Shown here: piece by piece, positions 24,481 through 37,570 of the stretch
Layout of the letters: each line of letters begins with the position of its first letter
Position numbering within the stretch: the stretch's first letter is position 1
Source: Azolla caroliniana
Lineage: Eukaryota > Plantae > Polypodiophyta
Direction: 5' to 3'
Length of the DNA stretch: 64,000 bases
Assembly (NCBI GenBank): GCA_043228905.1
Contig: JBHGNT010000016.1
Span: 16,368,001 to 16,432,000 of the forward strand
Notes under the pieces: model-generated
Seen by the model: the letters and a program-made list of their open reading frames with translations, nothing else
The model's database searches: none
Told to the model about the DNA's origin: nothing
Made by a program: the position numbers and the translations under genes

Positions 24481-27217
24481 GAGGTGGAGGTTAGTCTCAT
24501 CGTATTGTTGCCTCTAATAATGTGAATCTTTGTTGGAGTGAAGGAGGAGTTGCAAGGGTGAAGAAGGTATAGTGTTGATGAGCCTAGCCAAGAAGATGGT
24601 TTGTGTAGAAGATAACGAGGAAAAAAACCAAGAAAAAGAAGTATGTTGAAGTGGTTTATCCCAAAAACTTCTCCACGAGTTTGAGTTCATCCAAAGCCCT
24701 TTATTTTGGTAAACAAATTTTGTAAGATAAAAGTAGTATATATAAAGGAAAATGTAAAACAAAAGATTACCACAAAAGCTCTTTTTCCTAAAAGAGATTG
24801 TAAAAGTAAGTACGCAGAAGCTTATGACAAACCGGCTCTACCGACAACAACAGAAAGAATGAAGAAAGATGGAAACCTTGAAACACACACATAGAGAGTT
24901 CTTGGGAGAGACAGAGAGAGCAGAACATAAACTCTATTCAAAATAATAATACTCTGTGCTATTTACAACGTGCTTTGACAACACTATTTATACAAGTCCT
25001 TAAAAGGACTGACAAAAGTACTATGTACTTCAATGTTGATATGAGTGGTTGACTTACACTAACTACTAGGACAATTACTACCTAGTAGTCTAGAAGTGTA
25101 GGCCTCTACTAGCCCTCCGGTTCACACTTCAGTCCGGCTCTCCAATCTGGCTCCTGGTTCCATACAGACATTGATCTGGATACAATCCGGCTCAGGCTTA
25201 TACAACTAATCCGGATCTAGTTGAGCTTGTTCACTCAACACTCCTCCTCAAGCTCAACTTGAGGTAGGATCGTGGTGTTAGTGTTTGTGGTAGCCAGTTC
25301 TTTTGTCCAGCTCCTTCTGGCGTCCTCCCGCCTCGCTCGCGCTCCTCGTTCAGTCCGGTTCCTCCTTCTATGACCCGTCTGATTCTGCGCTCCTCGACCT
25401 CCTCGGTCAGCTTGTCTACTCAACAAGCCCATCTAAGATCCTTTGTTGTTGTGACTCTGGTGTTGACTCCGTTGCCCTCTAGTTTGCGATTCGTTCTAGC
25501 TCTTGTTCGAGTTGGCTGTCTCCAACTCATCCTCGATCCTTAGACCCTTCACGACATCGGACTTCTTCTTCCGGTCGGCTCTATCCTTCTCGACTTTGCC
25601 ACCGTCGTCGCTTGCTCTGAATTGTTTGGATGTGCCGACTCCTTCGCTCAACTTGGCTTCCTCTTCCTTCTTGTCTCCCCTTATCTTGGTTCTTTCTTCC
25701 TCTCCGGTTCTTTGTTTGGTGCCATTACCTGTTTCCGTTCTCCCCCTCAAGTGCAGCACGTCGAGATGCTGTAGACTGAGCATCGTTGAAAAGGGTTGCA
25801 ATTTGACCAATCAGAGAGGTTTGGTGAAGATGTCGGCAACCTACTGATCTGTTTGAACATATCGAAGTTCAACTTCACCGCTCAGGACCCGCTCACGCAC
25901 AAAGTGACAATGTACTTCTATGTGCTTTGTCCGAGCATGAAATACAGGGTTCTTAATGAGCTTTATGTTGCTTACGTTGTCACAATAGATCAGGATCGGG
26001 GTCAATACCTCAATCCGGAGGTCTTGTAGCAGCCGCCGAAGCTAGATGGCTTCACAGGTGGCAATGCTAGCACCTCGATATTTAGCCTCAGTGCTCGATA
26101 GAGCCATTGTTGGCTGCTCCACGCGGCAGGCGCGCTACCAAGAGAAAACATCAATCCAAAAGTGGACCATTGATCCTACACATCTCTGGCCCAATCGGCA
26201 TCTATATATCCGACTAGCGTTTCAGCTATACCGTGTCGGTATAACAATCCCTTGTCCTTAGTGGCGCTAACATACCAGAGTATCTAGTGTGCGCACTGAA
26301 GGTGCTCCATGGTCATCTTCTACATGACTTGGCTAATCACTCTGACCGGATAACTGATGTCGGGTCGGGTGATAGTTAAGTAGATAAGGCTTCCCACAAT
26401 TTGTTAGAACCTGTAAAAAGTAGCGTGCGGAAGCAAGTATGAAGACCGAACAGAAGGAAGAAAACTCAGGTTTAATGGAGAGCTTGAGCTACGCGGGAGA
26501 GACAGAGTGAGTGAGAGATAGAGAACACAAGAACTATATTCAAAAAATACACAATCTCGATTCACTACTCTATACATATGTGTGTTCAATGAACACTTTT
26601 ATACAAGTCCTAGAAGGACTGACAGAAGTACTGATAGTACTTCAATGCTCATTAAGAGCTCCTACACTAACTCCCAAATATATTCCTCACGGAATATCTT
26701 TCCTAACGGCCTCCCGGTTTACGCACCGATCCGGCCCTACCTATGCACCGGTCTGCGTACTGGTTTACGCATTCAGCCTAACTGATCGGTCCTAACCGAT
26801 CCGGTCCTCGGCTTCTTCAGCCGATCCGGCCGATGTTGAGCTTGTCTCTCAACACTCCCCCTCAAGCTCAACTTGAGGCTCTTCAGGATCTTTGGGCTCA
26901 CAGCTCCGGTTCCTCCTGGCTTCACGCCTCGCTCGCGCTCCTCGACCTATTCGACTCCGCGCGCTTCGACCCTTCCGGTCGGCTTGTCTGCTCATGTGGC
27001 CCTTATCAGCTCTTCTGCTGTTGTGGTGTTGACGCTTCTCCTGCTGCCTTTTCTTCCGTTTGGGCCTTGGTTGATTCAGCGTATCTGAATCAAACATCTG
27101 AAACGACTCGGCTACCTCCGATCGGTTTTCGCTCTCGTCCAAGTTGGCTGTCTCCAACTTATCTTCGGTCTTCTCGCCCTCGATGGCGTCATCTTCCCCA
27201 TGCGTGGTTGGCTTCGA

Positions 27218-30200
27218 CTATCTCCTTCGGCTGTTCCCCTTCTGTCCGCTTCCGGACTTTTCCTCGGGTCCGCCCTCGACTTCTTCAGCCAATCCGAAGT
27301 CGAACTCGACAACCGAGTCAACCGACTCGGTGTCGTGGTCTCCGCTCCTTTCCTGCTGCCTTGCTTGGTCGTTCGGGACTATTCTCCCCCTCAAGTTTGG
27401 CACGTCGGGGTGACGCAATCCGAGCGCACCTGAGAATTGCCGCAACTTGTCCAGACCAAGAGGCTTAGTGAAGATGTCGGCAGTCTGCCAATCCGTCGGC
27501 ACGTACTGAAGTTCGACTTCACCGGAAAGGACACGCTCACGGACGAAATGGTAGTGCACCTCAATGTGCTTGGTCCATGCGTGGAAGACGGGGTTCTTCG
27601 CGAGTTGGATGCTGCTGAGGTTGTCGCAGTAGATCGTCGTTGGATCGGACACCTCCTCCTGCAGATCCTTAAGTAGCCGCTTCAACCAAATGGCTTCGCA
27701 TGTTGCGACAACCGCTCCTCTATACTCGGCTTCGGTGCTCGATAGTGCAACTGTCGGCTGCTTCTTGCTACTCCACGCTATCGCGGCACTCCCAAGAGAG
27801 AACGCATGTCCGGACGTGGATCGACGATCGACGACATTGCTGGCCAAGTCGGCATCAGTGTAGCCGACCAACTGCGAGGCTGTATCGGTCCGATATAGCA
27901 GTCCGCGGTCCTTAGTGCCGCTTACGTACCGCAGTACACATTGCGCACACTAAAGGTGGTCCTCGGTAGGTTGCGCCATGAACTGAGTGATCACTCCGAC
28001 CGGATAACTGAGGTCGGGTCGGGTGATGGTCAAGTATATAAGGCTTCCGACAATTTGTCGGAACCTCGTCGGGTCGCATACCTTTCCCGTATCGGGACGA
28101 AGTTTGACGGTTCTGTCCAGAGGAGTTGAGACGGACTTACAGTCAGCCATCCCGAATTTGAAGAGCATACTCAGCACGTAATGATGTTGGCTGATCAATA
28201 TGCCTTCGGGGGTACGGATCACTTCAATCCCGAGGAAGTAATGAAGGTCCCCCAGATCCTTCATGTCGAACGATACCGCAAGCTGGAGCTTCACGCGATC
28301 GATTTCACCTAGGTCGGCGCCGGTGATGACCAAGTCATCAACATATAGTAAAATACTAACCGGTCCGAGTCGACCTTTTTGGATGAACAGGGAAGAGTCC
28401 GATTTTGACGTGATGAAGCCCATCCGACGCAGTTGTTGCGTGATCTTCGCGTTCCAGGCACGTGGGGCTTGCTTCAGTCCGTAAATGGACTTCTTCAGTG
28501 GGCATACTTCCGAGGAGTTCGTTCCGGAGTGAAATCTGGGGGGCTGTACCATGTACACTTGTTCCTCAAGGTCACCTTGCAGGAATGCATTCTTTACATC
28601 CATCTGATGTAGCTGCCACCCCTTGGCCGCGGCTACTGCGAGCAAAACACGGACGGTCGTCATTTTCGCGACCGACGCAAATGTCTCATCGTAGTCGATG
28701 CCGTGTTTCTGCGCATAGCCCTTTGCCACTAGCGGAGCCTTGTACCAGTTGACCGAGCCATCGGTGTTGTACTTGACCTTGTACACCCACCTACACCCGA
28801 TCGGTTTTACCCCTCTTGGTGCGTCAACCAGGTCCCAAGTCTCGTTCTCTGCCAATGCGTGCATCTCTTCCTCCATCGCGGCACGCCAATTTGCGTCTTT
28901 AGCCGCTTCTGCGTAGCTCTCTGGCTCACGCACTTCCGCTATACGGGTCATGTATGCATAATGATGCGCCATGTACTCGTTGTATCCGAACCGCAAAACA
29001 GGATTCTTCTGGCGGGTAGATCGGCGTAATCTCACATTAGCCGATGTCGAGGCCTTCTCGGTCGACGCACACTTCACCTTTAAAGACCCGTCACCGGTTC
29101 CCTCAGAGTCGGATTCGCGTCGGTTCGACTCGTTCCTATCCGTGCCAGAGTCCGACACCTTCTTCTTCCCTTTCTCTTTGCGCATAAGCCGTCTCCTCGG
29201 CTTCCTGTGCGGGGAAAGCACGACCGAGTCTCCACTACTCGCCGACTCTTCATCGGACTGGTCGTACCGACTCAGTCGTCCAATCGGTCCACTTAAACGG
29301 AGTGAAATAGGACTCTCTTTGCGGGTCTCGATTTCAGGCTCATCCGGAGGCATCTTGACCTCGTTGAACTCATCTTTAGAGCTCGGATTGGAGTCAGGGT
29401 TCGGAGTCGGGGGCTGGTACCAGGACGCAGACTCGTCAACCACAACGTTGCGGCTAACACGCGCTTGTTTGGTGCGAGGGTTATAGCACTTATAACCCTT
29501 CTTCTCGTCCGAGTAACCAACCAAGATGCATTTCTCGGCCTTTGCATCCAGCTTCCTCCTTTTCTCCTTCCGTACATGCACATACGCAATGCTACCGAAC
29601 ACCCTCAAGTGTCGCAAGTTCGGCTTCGTTCCGAAATATAGCTCGTGCGCCGACACTTTGTCTCCGATCCGGTTCTGGATGTATACTGCGGTCCTTACCG
29701 CCTCGGCCCAGTAGAACTTGGGCAAGCTCTTCTCCTCCAGCATTGCCCGTGCCGCTTCCACAACTGACCGATTCTTCCTCTCGGCCACGCCGTTCTGCTC
29801 CGGCGTGTATCTACAACTGAATTCGCGCCGAATTCCCATTTGTTGTAGATAACCGTTGAATTGACCGGAAAAGTACTCTTTCCCGCCATCCGACCGCAGG
29901 CACTTGATCTTTCATCCCGTTTCCGTTTCCACGAACCCTTTGAGGTCCCGAAAACAGTCGAAGACTTCGCTCTTCCTCTCAATGAGGTAGATCCACGTGT
30001 GCCGCGTGTAGTCGTCGATGAAGGAGACAAAATATCAGCTCCCGCCAAGACTAACGTTTTGTGCCGGCCCCCACACATCGGAGTGTATAAGGTCGAGCTT
30101 GTCCCGGCTCCGCTTTCGCTCGTTGGGGAAAGGAAGTCGGTGTTGCTTCCCGAGCTGGCAGGCTTCACAAATTTGTGCCTTTCGGCCACTAAATTTGGGC

Positions 30201-31684
30201 AATCCGAACACTACCTATTTCGATTGCAGATCTTGAAGCCGCTGGTAGTTGACGTGGCCTATCCGCTTGTGCCACAAGTCGATGTCCGACTCGGATTTTT
30301 GTCCCTTCGCGAACATTGCGGTGCCGCCGTCAGTGGTGTCGAGGATGAACATCCTCTCGTCTCTGCGCCCTTGCGCAATCACACGGCCTTCTTCCTCAAT
30401 GAAGCACCCGAGGTGTGTAAACCGAACCTCCATCCCTTGGTCGACGATCTGTCCGACCGAGACCAAGTTCTTCGTGATTGTCGGAACGTGCAACATGTTC
30501 ATGAGTTTCCCTTTCTGCCTGACATGTCTAAGGGGAACTTCTCTGACATTCGCGATCGGATGCAGAGTGTCGTCTCCAGTTGCGACTACTCCAGGTTGTA
30601 TCGGTTTTTCAAGGTACGAGAACCACTCCTTATGGCTCGTCATGTGGTTTGACGCGCCGGAGTCTACGTACCACACCTCGTCCGATCTCGGGGTGGTCTG
30701 TTTCATTGAGTTTGCTTCGTGTCTCGTCACGAAGGCAGATCCTTCTCCGGCTCTCCCGGAGTCTTCGGCGTAGTGCGATCGCTGCTTATTTCCCTTGTCG
30801 GTATGTCCGGAGCCGTTTCCGGAACCGGTTCTCTCCGAATCGGCGCGCTTCATCCAGCACTCACTTTCCCTGTGGCCTTTCTTGCCACAGTACCAGCACT
30901 CCGCGATGGACTTCCCTTGCCGGTTCTCATCGCTTCGAGTCCCCCTGTTTCTGGAGGGTCCGGAGTTGCTGTCGGCATCACTTTGGTGCCTTCTTCCTTG
31001 ATCTCGTCGGTCGCCTCCATTGCGCGCCGACTCACCTCGTCCTCCACGTCCACAGGGCCTATCTCCCTCCGTGTACAACATTCTGTTGTCGGTGTGCGTG
31101 CTTGTAGACGCACCCACGTGGTTCTCCTCTACCAGGAGCATTGACTGTAAGTCGAAAAAGGACAACGTATTCTCCCGGGTACACACAACCGTTCGGAACG
31201 CTCTGAACTTCCACGCCAAACCTCTGAGACAGATCTGGACCATCTCGCTCTCCTCGATGTTCATCTCTATGGAGGCGAGGGAGTCGCAGATATCCTTGAT
31301 CTTCAAGGTATAGTCCGCCACCGACAAGTCGAGTTGTCGTAGGTTGCTCAACTCATGTCGGAGCTGAAGCTTCCTGGCTGTGGTGCTCGCGGCGAAAATC
31401 TTCTTCAGATTTTCCCATGCACCCTTCGGCGTCTTTGCATCCTGAACATAGCTCAATAGCTGTTCGCCCACACACGACGTGAAGCAGTATAATACCCTGC
31501 TCGCCGATTGCTCCCACGACGGGAAGTCTCTGTGTGTCGATTCGGGTGCTGCGTCATTAGCTCCTTCGACATAACTCCAGTAGCCGTGCCCGAGCAGATA
31601 CTGGTGCATCTTGTAGGACCAAGACGCGTAGTTGGTTCTGTCGAGCTTCTCTGTTGGAATTGAGCTTGCCATGCCTCTATCCAT
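27218..31684 (-). pseudogene. gag-pol: copia gag-pol polyprotein (~1488 codons, one frame) broken by in-frame stops
   Basis: ORFs 30215-31684, 27950-29839 and 27218-27871 share a frame; CWYCGKKGHRESEC knuckle, WYVDSGAS protease, GVAERKNR integrase, LYVDD RT, TDAD/CDN RNase H. Confidence 0.95.
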
Positions 31685-31745
31685 CGTTCTTCTTGTTCTT
31701 CTTCGTCAAGCTGTATCGGCTGCAGAGAGGTTCTCAACCCTCGCA

Positions 31746-31756
31746 CTCTGATACCA
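31746..31756 (-). promoter_or_regulatory. Primer-binding site (initiator tRNA-Met)
   Basis: TGGTATCAGAG directly after the 5' LTR. Confidence 0.9.
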
Positions 31757-32575
31757 TGTAAAAAGTAGCGTGCGGAAGCAAGTACGAAGACCGAACAGAA
31801 GGAAGAAAACTCAGGTTTAATGGAGAGCTTGAGCTTATGCAGTATACGCGGGAGAGACAGAGTGAGTGAGAGAGAGAGAACACAAGAACCATATTCAAAA
31901 AATACACAATCTCGATTCACTACTCTATACATATGTGTGTTCAATGAACACTTTTATACAAGTCCTAGAAGGACTAACAGAAGTACTGACAGTACTTCAA
32001 TGCTCATTAAGAGCTCCTACACTAACTCCCAAATATATTCCTCACGGAATATCTTTCCTAACGGCCTCCCAGTTTACGCACCGATCCGGCCCTACCTACG
32101 CACCGGTCTGCGTACTGGTTTACGCATTCGGCCTAACCGATCGGTTCCAACCGATCCGGTCCTCGGCTTCTTTAGCCGATCCGGCCGATGTTGAGCTTGT
32201 CTCTCAACAGAACCATTTCTCGTTGCAGGCCGTTCCGGAGTTGGGACGTAGCTTCTGATTCCGGTCTAGGGGTGTGGAAATTGGTCGGCAATTTGTCATG
32301 CCGAACTTGTACAACATATTCAACACATAATGCCCTTGTGAGAGCAATATGTCGTCGGGGGTTCGGATCACCTTGATCTGGGGGACCTTCATTTCAAATG
32401 TGTCCGACAGTTGGGACTTTACTCAACCAATTTCATCGAGCCCGGGTTTGGTGATCACTAGATCATCTACATATAGCAGGATACATACCGGATCATCCGG
32501 ACCTTTCCGTATGAATAGTGACGAGTCAGATTTGGAGGCTGCAACCCCCATCTTACGCAACCGATGCGTGATCTT

Positions 32576-32863
32576 TGTTGGACGATTAGGCCTAAGTAGG
32601 AAAGGGGAGCTGGTTTTGGGATAAGGGAGTTGAAATTAGATTTAATTATTTTAATAATAAGATCGGATGGACGGACCTAGAATCGGTATGTCGATCCAGA
32701 TCCGGACCGGTTCGTAGCCGGTTGCCACTTGGCACCAATTTGTAACACATCCAGATACTTATAAAAGGATCTGAGTAAGATGTAACTAACGACGGATAAT
32801 TAATAGAAGAAGTTTTCTTTATTCCATATCTTGTCTATCTTGTTAATTCTGTTCTAGGCTTAA
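32576..32863 (+). mobile_element. Truncated LTR related to the family A LTR
   Basis: Starts TGTTG; shares GGACGGAC..CGGTATG..CCAGATCCGGAC and CGGATAATTAATAGA with 51936-52354. Confidence 0.65.
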
Positions 32864-32868
32864 TGAAG

Positions 32869-35800
32869 AAAACCATGTGGAGTTCACAAACTCTGAAAAC
32901 AAATCACTATGATGATGAGGGGAGTAAACCAAGAAACTCAAAGGAAACGACCTCGAGTTCTTCTTCGTCAACAGACGGCTATGGAGTTACACTTACACAC
33001 ACTCTCCCTCTCTCACACGTTCTCACAGTTACACAGGCAACGACCCATTCTAAGTATCTTACAAAACTCATCATCATCTTCATAATGATTGCCCTAGATG
33101 CATATAAACGAAAGCAACTTTCTGGCTATTTACAAGTATAGCCCACAAGGGCACATTTCGACTATTTACAAGTATAGTCTTCCGAGTTGGCTATATCCAC
33201 GATTTCGGTTTCGACCTTGGCCGAGTTACTCATCAACTTGGCTCTTCACTTCCCATCTAGAGGGACATGTTTCCCAACAAAGAGTGTATTACAAGGGTGT
33301 AAGAGAGAGAGTGTGTGTGAGTGTGAGTCCACTGTAACCATCGTCAGACGAAGAACTCAAGATCATTGCCTTAAGATTCTTATTTGTACATTCCTCTTAC
33401 GGATAGTGATTTTCTTGGAGTCTATGGACTCTCGTGTTTTTTCCCTTTTCGGGTTTTCCACATAAATGTAAGAAACCTATTATTCCTATTGTTAATATTC
33501 TAACACCCCCCCCTTAATGTAAGCAACCTATTTATTTGGTTTCTCTAATTTGAGTCCTATCTTCGAACAACATATCGAATGCTTTTGTTGGGGTACGGGT
33601 TTAGTGAGGAAATCAGCCCACATGGTTGTGGTTGAAGTGTATTGGAGTGAAATTTCTTTTGCTTCAACCAAGTCTCTAATAAAATGATGACTTGTTTTGA
33701 TCGGTTATCTTTGGATTTGTTGCAAGTTTTATGGTTGATTGATTGTCACAAAACACCATCATTTCCTTTAGTTCAAAGATATCAAGTTCTTCAATGATTG
33801 TCTTTATCCAAAGGTCTTCTTTTGTGATAAGAGCTGTGGCAATATACTCGACTTTAGTACTTGAAAGTGCAACGGCAGATTGTCTTTTAATTCGCCAAGC
33901 AATTGCTCCACCTGCAAAAGTGACGGGAGGTATCAATGTCCTGCCCCCAATTCGAACCTATCCAACCTAGAAGTGTACCATGCATCCATCCATTGAATTG
34001 GGACATATTCAATGATTAGAAACCTTGGTAAGTGAGAGATATATCCTTCGTATGTTGTAGATATCGAAGGACATGTTTCAAGGCTTGCGAATGGGCAATA
34101 CCTGGATTTTGCATGAATCTATATAGGAGACTAGCACTATATGATAAGTCGTGTCGAGTACAACTTACAAGGTATCTCACACTTCCAAGAACTTGTCGAT
34201 AAGGAAGGCAAGCCATGACTTGCTCCTCTTCAAATGATTTTGGAATATCATTTGTGGATAATTTGCAAGGTAGAGTCATTGGTGTGGAGATAGGTTTGCA
34301 AACCATCATTTCAAATTTCTGGAGGATTTCTTCTACTAACTTCTTTTGAGATAGAAAGAGTGTACCCTTTATTCTATTTTGTGTGACTTTGATTCCTAGG
34401 AAATGTTCTATCGGTTCGAGATCCTTGACGCAGAACTGCTCTTTTAGTTGATTGATAACTTGTAGCATGCATTTGGTGGAGTGTGAAGCAATAGGCAAAT
34501 CATCTACATATAAACCAATGATAACAAAATTGGTGTGTTCCTTCCGAATGTACAAAGTTGGCTCGGCTTGAAGGCATCTAAATCCAATAGCTTCAAGATA
34601 AGTGTGAAGTTTGTAGTGCCACATTCGAGATGATTGTTTTAATCTATACAATGATTTATGTAATTTGCATACATAATGAGGAATTGTTGAGCTTACAATG
34701 TATGGAGGTTGTTCCATATATATTTCTTCATTAAGGTCCCCATGCAAGAAGGTGGTCTTGATGTCAATATGATGAAGCTCAAGATTTAGACTTGCGGTGA
34801 CACTAAATATTAAACGCATTGGAACCATCTTCAAAGTTGGTTGCAAAAGTATCTTTGTAATCGATGCCATGGATTTGGGTAAATCCTCTTGCAACTATGC
34901 GTGTCTTCAATCTATCAAGCTTTCCATTAGAATCAAATTTCTTTGTGAGTACCCATTTGTAAGAAATAATATTCTTACCATTGGGTCGAGGCACTAAACT
35001 CCATGTGCCATTCTTTTCTAGTGCATCAATTTCCGCTTGCATGGTTGTTTGCCATTGAAGTAGTTCGGGGTTTTGTAATGCATCCTTAACTGAAGGGTGG
35101 ATTTTGTCAAAAGGGCCTTGTGGTTCGTAATTTTGAGTATATTCATTCTCTTCATCTAAATCCACCATTAGTGCTTCCATTGGATTTGTTATCTCATAAA
35201 TCTCATTTAGAGATCTATTCTTCTTTTTCTTCATAGGCGTAGGGCTTGCTATATTTTCAATTGGAGTGGTGTCACATTGAGATATATCTTTTGAAGAGGA
35301 TCTTAAAGCTTGAGTTGAATGGAGTGGAAATACTAAGGTTTGATTTGAGGGATTTGAAAAAATGGATTGTGAAAAGGTGGACTTTGAAAGGGTAGAATTT
35401 GAAAATTTTGAATTTAGAAAAGTGGCGAATATATCTTTTGAAGAGGATCCTAAAGCTTGAGTTGAATGGAGTGGAAATACTAAGGTTTGATTTGAGGGAT
35501 TTGAAAAAATGGATTGTGAAAAGGTGGATTTTGAAAGGGTAGAATTTGAAAATTTTGAATTTAGAAAAGTGGCGAAGAAAACAGAATTTTTGGTTGGGGT
35601 TTGCCAAGAATTGGTGGGAGATGAAAAGTTATAAGAGTGGTTGTTTATGCTTGGAGTAGGAGGGTCATTCCTTTCATTTCCTTTTATCTCCATCATGCCA
35701 TCACCGTCATTATTGTTACGACGTTCCACCATTATGTTGCCTTCTATTATAATTCCACCACCAACATCACTAGAATCACCATCCACTTCTCCAATGCCAC

Positions 35801-37570
35801 TACATGCTATGCTTGTGGTTGTGTGCATGATATTTCTATTTGGTATATTCTTAATGATCTTGATTTTATGTACCTCTTGACTCTCCTCTTCTTCTTTGAA
35901 CTCTTCTAATTGTAATGATTCTCTCATGTTGTTGACATGCTCCTTCCCATATTCACGATTATTTACATAATGTATAACGGGAATATTTTGTAAGTTTATT
36001 GGGTATTTTAGGGATAGTATTTGTTCGTAAAAAATGACGGATTGACTATATATAAATTGCTTATTTTGTGGGTTAAATAATTTATATCCCTTAATCCCCT
36101 CGGATTCGCCATATCCTACCATTATACATTTAATATTAAGGGGTCTAATTTTTTTCTTAACTTGGGAGCGACCTGACTATAAGCAATTGCCCCAAATATC
36201 TTTAAGTGTCCAACATTAGGTTTCCTACCAAACCATAAGAAAAAAGGTGTATTCAATCCGAGTACCTTGTGGGGAGATGGCTTCTTGCCAAAATCTATTG
36301 TGTAGACTGGCCACTTGAAGCATACTCCGGCTTGCATCTAGATGTGGTGAAGGGCCAGAGAGAAGAAGAATTGGAGACATCCAATTCGGACAACAGCTAG
36401 AACGAATCAAAGACAGCCAATTTAGTCGAAGAGGGTGATTCGGAAGAGCCGAATCACATGAAGGCCAAGCGAACAAGGAGACAGTTGAAGTTGGCGCTGA
36501 TATGGACGAGCCGACGAGTCGAGGGGCGCCAAAGTCGCAATAGTGAGGGAGCTGAGAATGGCCTAAAGAGCTGACAAGTTGACCACAAGGATCGAGGTGC
36601 GCAGAACCAGAGGGGTCGAGGAGCATTGGACCACAAGGGTCATAGAACGCTGGACCAGACCAAACGAGGAGCGTGAGCTAGGCGTGAGGATGTTAGGAGG
36701 AGCCGGATGGACGGACCGGCTGAAGTTAACACAAGGAGACAACCTCAAGTTGAGCGAGCAAGCTCAACTTGGGCCGAATCGGCTAAAGAAGCTGAGAGTC
36801 GGATCGGTTAGAGATCGATCGGCTAGACCTAGTTTAGTTGAAGAAGCTAGGAGTCGAATTGAATAGAGTTTGATCGGGTGTGCTGAGTCGGATGGAATCT
36901 GGCAAACCATTAGGAGCCTATATTCCTTTTTAGTAAATAGGAATATTATAGGCAGAGTTAGTGTTAGGCTCAGTTAATGAGCATTCAAGTACTTGTTAGT
37001 GGTTGTGTCAACCCACTCGTCAAGGCTTGTATAAAAAGTGTTCATTGAGCACAACCGATGTACAGAGAGTGGTATTATTGAATACAACTGGTCTCTCTGT
37101 CTCCCTTACACTATGTTTTCCTAATTGTTGCATTTCGAATAACCAATTGTACTCTATGTCTATCACATACGCTTCCACACACGTATTCTTTTACAAAATA
37201 GAAGACAAGCCTAGTAGAAGCGTTGTGCTAAAACTAGGAGGTGAAGGTAGAAGAGAAAGGGTCGGGATTAATGGAGGGATTGACCCCACAAGGTAGCCTA
37301 GACCTTTTGTATCACTTTGGAGCCTTCTTTTCGATTACTCGACTTTGTGTGTGCATTCATACCTATTGAGGGGACTTGGTTCAATGTGTCTAGTTTGTTT
37401 TACCATGGCCTCCATATGGTATTTTTGGTCTTACGTGAGATTTGGATCTCCATCGTTTAGTTTGGAAAACCATTTACTGTAACCAATTGAAATAATATCT
37501 TTCATCCTTCCTATCTTTTTATGCATATTAATTTCCATCGTTCTATATTCTCAATTATTTGGTTTTTGGT
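32869..37570 (+). repeat. Local segmental duplication: 32869-37292 copies 11102-15534, and 37293-37570 copies ~18998-19278
   Basis: Identical ORF translations at offset 21767; direct nucleotide match. Confidence 0.97.

Larger units (their letters stand above)
26412..32209 (-). mobile_element. Full-length Ty1/copia element (family D), 5798 bp
   Basis: LTRs 26412-26854 and 31757-32209 (TG..CA, ~12 substitutions plus a 10-bp indel); perfect TSD GAACC at 26407-26411 and 32210-32214; PBS and PPT present. Confidence 0.97.
24799..32575 (-). mobile_element. Older copia family D remnant (3' LTR 24799-25240, RNase H/RT) hosting the 26412-32209 insertion
   Basis: TGTAAAAG...TCAACA LTR with PPT at 25241-25252; RT sequence continues across the insertion (CNEKWF..QIVGSLIYLTITRPD). 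Confidence 0.85.
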
